Positions 52,724 through 57,225 of a DNA stretch of 57,225 bases are shown here, piece after piece; within the stretch, counting starts at the first letter, position 1, and the number at the start of each line of letters is the position of its first letter. The translations under genes were made by a program, and so were the position numbers. The DNA lies in the NCBI GenBank assembly GCA_043757615.1, contig JAYVPA010000138.1, forward strand, positions 1 through 57,225. Direction: 5' to 3'. The DNA comes from Sphingobacteriales bacterium. Lineage in GTDB: Bacteria > Bacteroidota > Bacteroidia > Chitinophagales > JADIYW01. The notes beneath the pieces were generated by a model, which did no database searches, had not been told where the DNA came from, and saw only the letters and a list, made by a program, of their open reading frames with translations.

Positions 52724-53422
52724 ATGTCACAAGACAACTTTCTGAATTACTGGCTTAGATCTGAACGCGTCCAGTCTGCTGCGTTGAATCATAATGCTGC
52801 TTTAGAGAAACTGTTTCAAAAATCTGGACTAATTTTTCCTTCCAGGCAGTTATACATTCGTGCTTTTAAGGAAGAAAAAATTCTCGAAATCTGGGCGACG
52901 GATCATTCACAGTATACATTAATCAAAACATACAAATACACTGCAAATTCAGGCAATCCGGGACCGAAGCAATGCGAAGGTGATTTACAGATTCCAGAAG
53001 GGTTTTACCAGATTGCAAATTTCAATCCTGAAAGCAAATTCCATCTTTCTTTCAAAATAAATTATCCGAATCCTGCAGATTCAATTCGCAATAAAAAGGA
53101 ACAGAATCAAGGCGGTGATATTTATATTCACGGCGGAGAATCTACAACCGGCTGCATTCCAATCGGAGATATTGCTATTGCTGAATTATATTGGTTGTGT
53201 GTAAAGTCTCATGCTGTAAACCCAGACATACCGGTTCATATTTTTCCTTGTAAAATGGAAGTAATAAACCTCCGCAACATCTACAATAAATATCCAACGC
53301 AAATTTCCTTTTGGAATTCTATAAAACCAATGTATGAGCATTTTCAGTTGCACAAAACACTTAATGAATTTATTGATTTGGATGAAAATGGTAATTATAG
53401 ACTTTCAAATCACATTGATTAA
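52724..53422 (+). CDS. L,D-transpeptidase catalytic-domain family protein
   Basis: IYIHGGESTTGCIPI matches the H...GC active-site pattern of YkuD-type L,D-transpeptidases. Confidence 0.55.
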   Translation: MSQDNFLNYWLRSERVQSAALNHNAALEKLFQKSGLIFPSRQLYIRAFKEEKILEIWATDHSQYTLIKTYKYTANSGNPGPKQCEGDLQIPEGFYQIANFNPESKFHLSFKINYPNPADSIRNKKEQNQGGDIYIHGGESTTGCIPIGDIAIAELYWLCVKSHAVNPDIPVHIFPCKMEVINLRNIYNKYPTQISFWNSIKPMYEHFQLHKTLNEFIDLDENGNYRLSNHID

Positions 53423-53540
53423 TATCATTTGATATTCTGAATGAAATGAACCTGTCTGCCGACAGGCAGAGAATCATTAATCTATCAATAAATCTGATGT
53501 CCCACTTCTCATATCTCATATCTATTTTTATCTTTATAAA

Positions 53541-54773
53541 ATGGAATTAGTAAACGGACAGTATGAAATCGGCGGTGTGAATGTGCTTGACTTATGCAAA
53601 AAATACGATACGCCTTTATACGTGTATGACGCAGCGGTCATCGAACGGCAATACAACAGATTAAAAAATGCATTTGGCAAAACAAAGATTGATATACATT
53701 ATGCATGTAAGGCATTAAATAATATCAGCATCTTAAAATTCATAAAGAATCTTGGCGGCAGCCTGGATACTGTTTCTATCCAGGAAGTGCAATTAGGTTT
53801 AAAAGCAGGTTTTAAAGCAAAAGATATTATGTACACGCCAAACTGCGTAAATATTGATGAAATTAATATGGCTGTAAAATATGGTGTTGCTATCAATATC
53901 GACAACCTTTCTATTTTAGAACAATTCGGAAATTTATATAAAGATAAATATCCTGTTTGCGTGCGTATTAACCCGCATATTATGGCTGGTGGAAATCAAA
54001 AGATTTCTACAGGTCACATCGATTCTAAATTCGGAATTTCTATTTATCAGTTACGACATTTAGAACGTGTTGTAAAATCAACTAATTTAAAAATTATTGG
54101 TTTGCATATGCATACGGGTTCTGATATTTTGGATGCTGATGTATTTTTGCGGGGTGCCGACATTTTATTTGAAGCTGCACAAAGTTTTAAAGATTTAGAA
54201 TATCTGGATTTCGGAAGTGGTTTTAAAGTAAAATATCATGAGAATGACAACACCACAGATATCGAAGATTTAGGTGCAAAAATCTCTGAGCGTTTCCAGG
54301 AATTTTGTAAAAATTACGGCAGGGAATTGACCCTGGTTTTTGAACCTGGAAAATATCTGGTAAGCGAAAGCGGATTTTTATTTGTGCGCACTAATGTTAT
54401 CAAACAAACGACTGCTACCGTTTTTGCCGGTGTGGATTCCGGACAAAATCATTTGATTCGTCCTATGATGTACGATGCATACCATCACATCACCAACGTT
54501 TCTAATCCAAACGGCATAGAACGTATCTATACTGTAGTTGGTTACATCTGCGAAACGGATACGTTCGGTTGGGACAGAAAACTAAATGAAGTACGAGAAA
54601 GTGATATTCTGGTATTGCATAATGCCGGTGCTTATGGTTATTCGATGGCCTCTAACTACAATTCGCGCTACCGCCCTGCTGAAGTTTTGATACATAACGG
54701 CGAAGCAAAACTCATCCGTCGCAGAGAAAGTATCGAAGATTTACTGGCTACGCAAGTTGAGGTAGAATTGTAA
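53541..54773 (+). CDS. lysA: diaminopimelate decarboxylase
   Basis: IHYACKALNN (PLP Lys), HMHTGS, FGSGF, EPGKYLV, GYICETD and NAGAYG: canonical fold-type III decarboxylase motifs. Confidence 0.9.
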   Translation: MELVNGQYEIGGVNVLDLCKKYDTPLYVYDAAVIERQYNRLKNAFGKTKIDIHYACKALNNISILKFIKNLGGSLDTVSIQEVQLGLKAGFKAKDIMYTPNCVNIDEINMAVKYGVAINIDNLSILEQFGNLYKDKYPVCVRINPHIMAGGNQKISTGHIDSKFGISIYQLRHLERVVKSTNLKIIGLHMHTGSDILDADVFLRGADILFEAAQSFKDLEYLDFGSGFKVKYHENDNTTDIEDLGAKISERFQEFCKNYGRELTLVFEPGKYLVSESGFLFVRTNVIKQTTATVFAGVDSGQNHLIRPMMYDAYHHITNVSNPNGIERIYTVVGYICETDTFGWDRKLNEVRESDILVLHNAGAYGYSMASNYNSRYRPAEVLIHNGEAKLIRRRESIEDLLATQVEVEL

Positions 54774-54817
54774 GAAAATAGAAAATAGATTTTATTCAAA
54801 CATCATAATTCTTTCAA

Positions 54818-55855
54818 ATGATAAAATATATATTTCTATTTGTCTGTTTCTTTACGGCGTTAGCTTGTAAAAAATTTGAAAGTTGCGACAGTATTTTTAA
54901 TACAAAGAAAATTCCGTTAGTTACAAAAATCGCCTTTGGTTCTTGCGCTTCTCAAAATCAGGCTCAGCCCATATTAAATACTATTGTTTCAAAACATCCT
55001 GATTTATTTATTTATCTCGGTGATAATATTTACGGCGATACAAAAATAATGCCCATGCTGGAGCATCAATATTACAAGTTGTGCAGCAAATCTGAATTCC
55101 ATAATTTAATTAGCTCCACCAGAGTAATTGCTACCTGGGATGACCATGATTATGGTCAAAATGATGCAGGGAAAAATTACCCTAAAAAGGAAGATTCCAA
55201 AAATATATTTTTAAAATTCTGGGGAGAACCTTTTGGTACACAAAGATGGTATCGTCCGGGCATTTATACCTCGTATTATTTTGGCGACACTGCTCATTTG
55301 GTACAGGTAATTTTATTGGATTGCAGAACATTTCGGGATGATTTAAAGATTAGTGATAATGATGTCTACCTCCAGAATGATGACCCTAATGTAACTATGT
55401 TGGGAACTGATCAGTGGCGTTGGCTGAAAAGTGAATTACAAAAACCCGCAAAACTCAGAATTATAGGCAGCAGCACCCAATTACTTCGTGAATATAATGG
55501 AATGGAAACCTGGGCTAACTATCCGAAAGAACAACAAAAAATGCTGGATTTAATTAAAGAATTACAAGTCAAAAATTTGTTCATTATTTCAGGAGATATA
55601 CATTTAGCAGAACTTTCTAAAGTTTCTATTAATAACAATACACAGGATGTCTATGATCTTACTGCCAGCGCATTGACAAGCAATAAGATTCAGCATGAAG
55701 ACATTCCTAACTCTACCAGAGTAGGCAATTCAGTCTATAACCAGACAAATTTTGGTTTTATAGAAATCGACTGGAATCAACATCCTATCAAAGTATCTTT
55801 CAAAATTTATAATGGGGACGGCGATGAAAAATTTAAACATGATGTATTTTATTAA
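54818..55855 (+). CDS. PhoD-like alkaline phosphatase / metallophosphoesterase lipoprotein
   Basis: Lipobox FFTALAC. YLGDNIYGD, WDDHDYGQND and SGDIHLAE are metallophosphatase/PhoD-type motifs. Confidence 0.7.
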   Translation: MIKYIFLFVCFFTALACKKFESCDSIFNTKKIPLVTKIAFGSCASQNQAQPILNTIVSKHPDLFIYLGDNIYGDTKIMPMLEHQYYKLCSKSEFHNLISSTRVIATWDDHDYGQNDAGKNYPKKEDSKNIFLKFWGEPFGTQRWYRPGIYTSYYFGDTAHLVQVILLDCRTFRDDLKISDNDVYLQNDDPNVTMLGTDQWRWLKSELQKPAKLRIIGSSTQLLREYNGMETWANYPKEQQKMLDLIKELQVKNLFIISGDIHLAELSKVSINNNTQDVYDLTASALTSNKIQHEDIPNSTRVGNSVYNQTNFGFIEIDWNQHPIKVSFKIYNGDGDEKFKHDVFY

Positions 55856-55934
55856 TTTTTAACGATATCTATTACTCTACAAAACCCATATACTATAAGA
55901 ATTTTAACTGATTTTTTTGTATATTTGTTATCCA

Positions 55935-56537
55935 ATGTCTCAAAAAGCGACCAATATTCATCCGACTTTTAATCAGTTGCTGCAACGCAGCGATAAAGAG
56001 CATTTATTGCAGCAAAGAGCTATATGTATCTGGATGACAGGTTTGTCCGGTTCAGGGAAATCTACCATTGCACAAGGACTGGAAAAAAGACTTTATAAAA
56101 CCGAAATTTTAACGGCTGTTTTAGACGGCGATAATATACGTTCCGGCATCAATAATAATCTTGGTTTTTCTGAAGAAGACAGAACTGAAAACATCCGCCG
56201 CATTGCAGAAATCAATAAACTTTTTTTACAGAACGGAATTATAACTATTAATAGTTTTGTAAGTCCGACAAATGACATTCGTGAGTTGGCAAAAACAATT
56301 ATTGGTACACAAGATTTTTACGAAGTATATATCAATGCAAGTTTTGATGAATGCGCAAAACGCGATGTAAAAGGGTTGTACAAAAAAGCATTGAATGGTG
56401 AAATTAAAAATTTTACAGGTTTAGATGCACCTTTTGAACCTCCAACACATGCTGCTTTAGAAATTAAAACGTCAGAACAAACTATTGAACAAAGCATCGA
56501 AAAAATTTATAACTATTTCATTGGTAAAATAAAATAA
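55935..56537 (+). CDS. cysC: adenylylsulfate (APS) kinase
   Basis: WMTGLSGSGKSTIA (P-loop), LDGDNIR, FSEEDRTENIRR, FVSP. The ATG at 55935 is preferred over the TTG at 55917. Confidence 0.9.
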   Translation: MSQKATNIHPTFNQLLQRSDKEHLLQQRAICIWMTGLSGSGKSTIAQGLEKRLYKTEILTAVLDGDNIRSGINNNLGFSEEDRTENIRRIAEINKLFLQNGIITINSFVSPTNDIRELAKTIIGTQDFYEVYINASFDECAKRDVKGLYKKALNGEIKNFTGLDAPFEPPTHAALEIKTSEQTIEQSIEKIYNYFIGKIK

Positions 56538-56538
56538 C

Positions 56539-56565
56539 TATTGACCATTGACTAATGACTATTAC
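56539..56565. repeat. TTGAC-word stutter immediately upstream of the cysD start
   Basis: ctattgaccattgactaatgactatta. Same word family as 47058-47098 and 48606-48636. Confidence 0.8.
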
Positions 56566-57225
56566 ATGACCAATTATCACTTAAATCACCTTAAAGAACT
56601 CGAAGCAGAATCTATTTTTATTTTGCGTGAAGTAGCTGCACAATTTGAAAATCCGTGTTTGTTATTTTCAGGCGGAAAAGATTCTATCGTTGTTTTACAC
56701 TTAGCCTTAAAAGCATTTTATCCGGCTAGTGTTCCTTTCACTTTATTACATGTTGATACCGGACATAATTTCCAGGAAGCATTAGATTACCGGGATGAAT
56801 TGGTAAAAAAACATGGCTTGCGTTTATTAGTAGCCTCTGTTCAGGAAGCGATTGATAAAGGAACTGTACGCGAAGAAAAAGGATACACTGCATCGCGAAA
56901 TGCATTACAGACAATTCCATTACTGGAAGCATTAGAAAAAAATAAATTCGATTGCGCCATGGGCGGGGCGCGTCGTGATGAAGAAAAAGCCAGAGCCAAA
57001 GAACGCTTTTTTTCACACCGCGATGAATTCGGACAATGGGATCCAAAAAACCAACGACCTGAACTTTGGAATATTTTTAACGGCAGAAAACATTTGGGCG
57101 AACATTTCCGTGTTTTCCCAATTTCCAATTGGACAGAAATGGATGTGTGGCAATATATTTACCAGGAACAGATTGAAATGCCGAGTTTATATTTTTCACA
57201 TAAAAGAAAAGTATTTGAACGTGAT
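56566..57225 (+). CDS. cysD: sulfate adenylyltransferase subunit 2 (partial, runs off the window)
   Basis: Absent from the ORF track (open-ended). My translation from the ATG at 56566 is MTNYHLNHLKELEAESIFILREVAAQFENPCLLFSGGKDSIVVLHLA...HVDTGHNF...GGARRDEEKARAKERFFS... It carries the PP-loop SGGKDS motif and is open for 220 codons to the window end. Confidence 0.9.
   Translation, partial: MTNYHLNHLKELEAESIFILREVAAQFENPCLLFSGGKDSIVVLHLALKAFYPASVPFTLLHVDTGHNFQEALDYRDELVKKHGLRLLVASVQEAIDKGTVREEKGYTASRNALQTIPLLEALEKNKFDCAMGGARRDEEKARAKERFFSHRDEFGQWDPKNQRPELWNIFNGRKHLGEHFRVFPISNWTEMDVWQYIYQEQIEMPSLYFSHKRKVFERD

Noticed and set aside
52389-52730. Minus-strand ORF 52389-52730 competing with plus-strand 52191-52682
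   Set aside because: The plus-strand ORF is co-directional with the flanking operon-like genes and has a plausible signal-anchor. The minus ORF translation is low-complexity (IIIIIV, FF-rich). Neither is strongly supported.
53451-53470. GC-rich hairpin cctgtc-tgcc-gacagg / tctgcc-gaca-ggcaga downstream of the L,D-transpeptidase-like gene, considered as a terminator
   Set aside because: It has only a 6-bp stem and no T-run on either side. It may be a short repeat or a weak terminator, but I cannot support a call.
56738-57128. Minus-strand ORFs 56738-57046 and 56841-57128
   Set aside because: They are antisense to the open-ended plus-strand frame that encodes a clear CysD (PP-loop SGGKDS, GGARRDEE) from 56566 to the window end.

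Overview
Low-GC Bacteroidota-type chromosomal segment, judged from T9SS C-terminal sorting domains, a BatA-type gene, DUF3127/DUF4126-like genes and a TAnnTTTG-like promoter box. (1) 1-7.7 kb, minus strand: a reductive pyrimidine catabolism cluster. It holds beta-ureidopropionase, dihydropyrimidinase, an FCY1-type cytosine deaminase, an NCS1 permease, an omega-aminotransferase and malonate/methylmalonate-semialdehyde dehydrogenase, interrupted by an AT-rich orphan gene. (2) 8-23 kb: housekeeping genes, including a radical SAM/SPASM protein, a GH3/beta-lactamase-fold fusion, mutL, two tandem rhomboids, EEP and GT2 enzymes, a dihydroorotase-like protein lacking the metal ligands, and BatA. (3) 23.5-32.7 kb: two divergent T9SS cargo genes, a 2170-aa adhesin-like protein and an M14 carboxypeptidase with a Cys-rich repeat insertion. 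(4) 32.7-43.0 kb: a visibly AT-richer composite genomic island inserted into the 3' end of lysS and bounded by three direct copies of the last ~26-30 nt of lysS. The inner ~8.8-kb unit carries a tyrosine integrase, an excisionase-type HTH, a Rep-like gene, an XRE regulator with a zinc-ribbon membrane protein, and the most interesting cargo. That cargo is a SIR2 / P-loop STAND / TPR / cold-shock-domain protein followed 20 nt later by a CheD-like cysteine deamidase. I propose this pair as a candidate, to my knowledge undescribed, two-gene anti-phage module. The outer ~1.45-kb unit is a decayed remnant with a ParE/RelE-like pair and a chimeric lysS-3'/batA-5' junction fragment. (5) 43-57 kb: housekeeping genes (lysS, HAD, tRNA-Met(CAT), M28 peptidase, cysS, ruvC, POT transporter, L,D-transpeptidase-like, lysA, PhoD-like, cysC, partial cysD). 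Intergenic regions contain a family of ~160-bp elements with 20-bp TTAACCACATAG..ACATAG inverted termini, plus many doubled-word motifs just upstream of start codons. No rRNA genes and no CRISPR array were seen.
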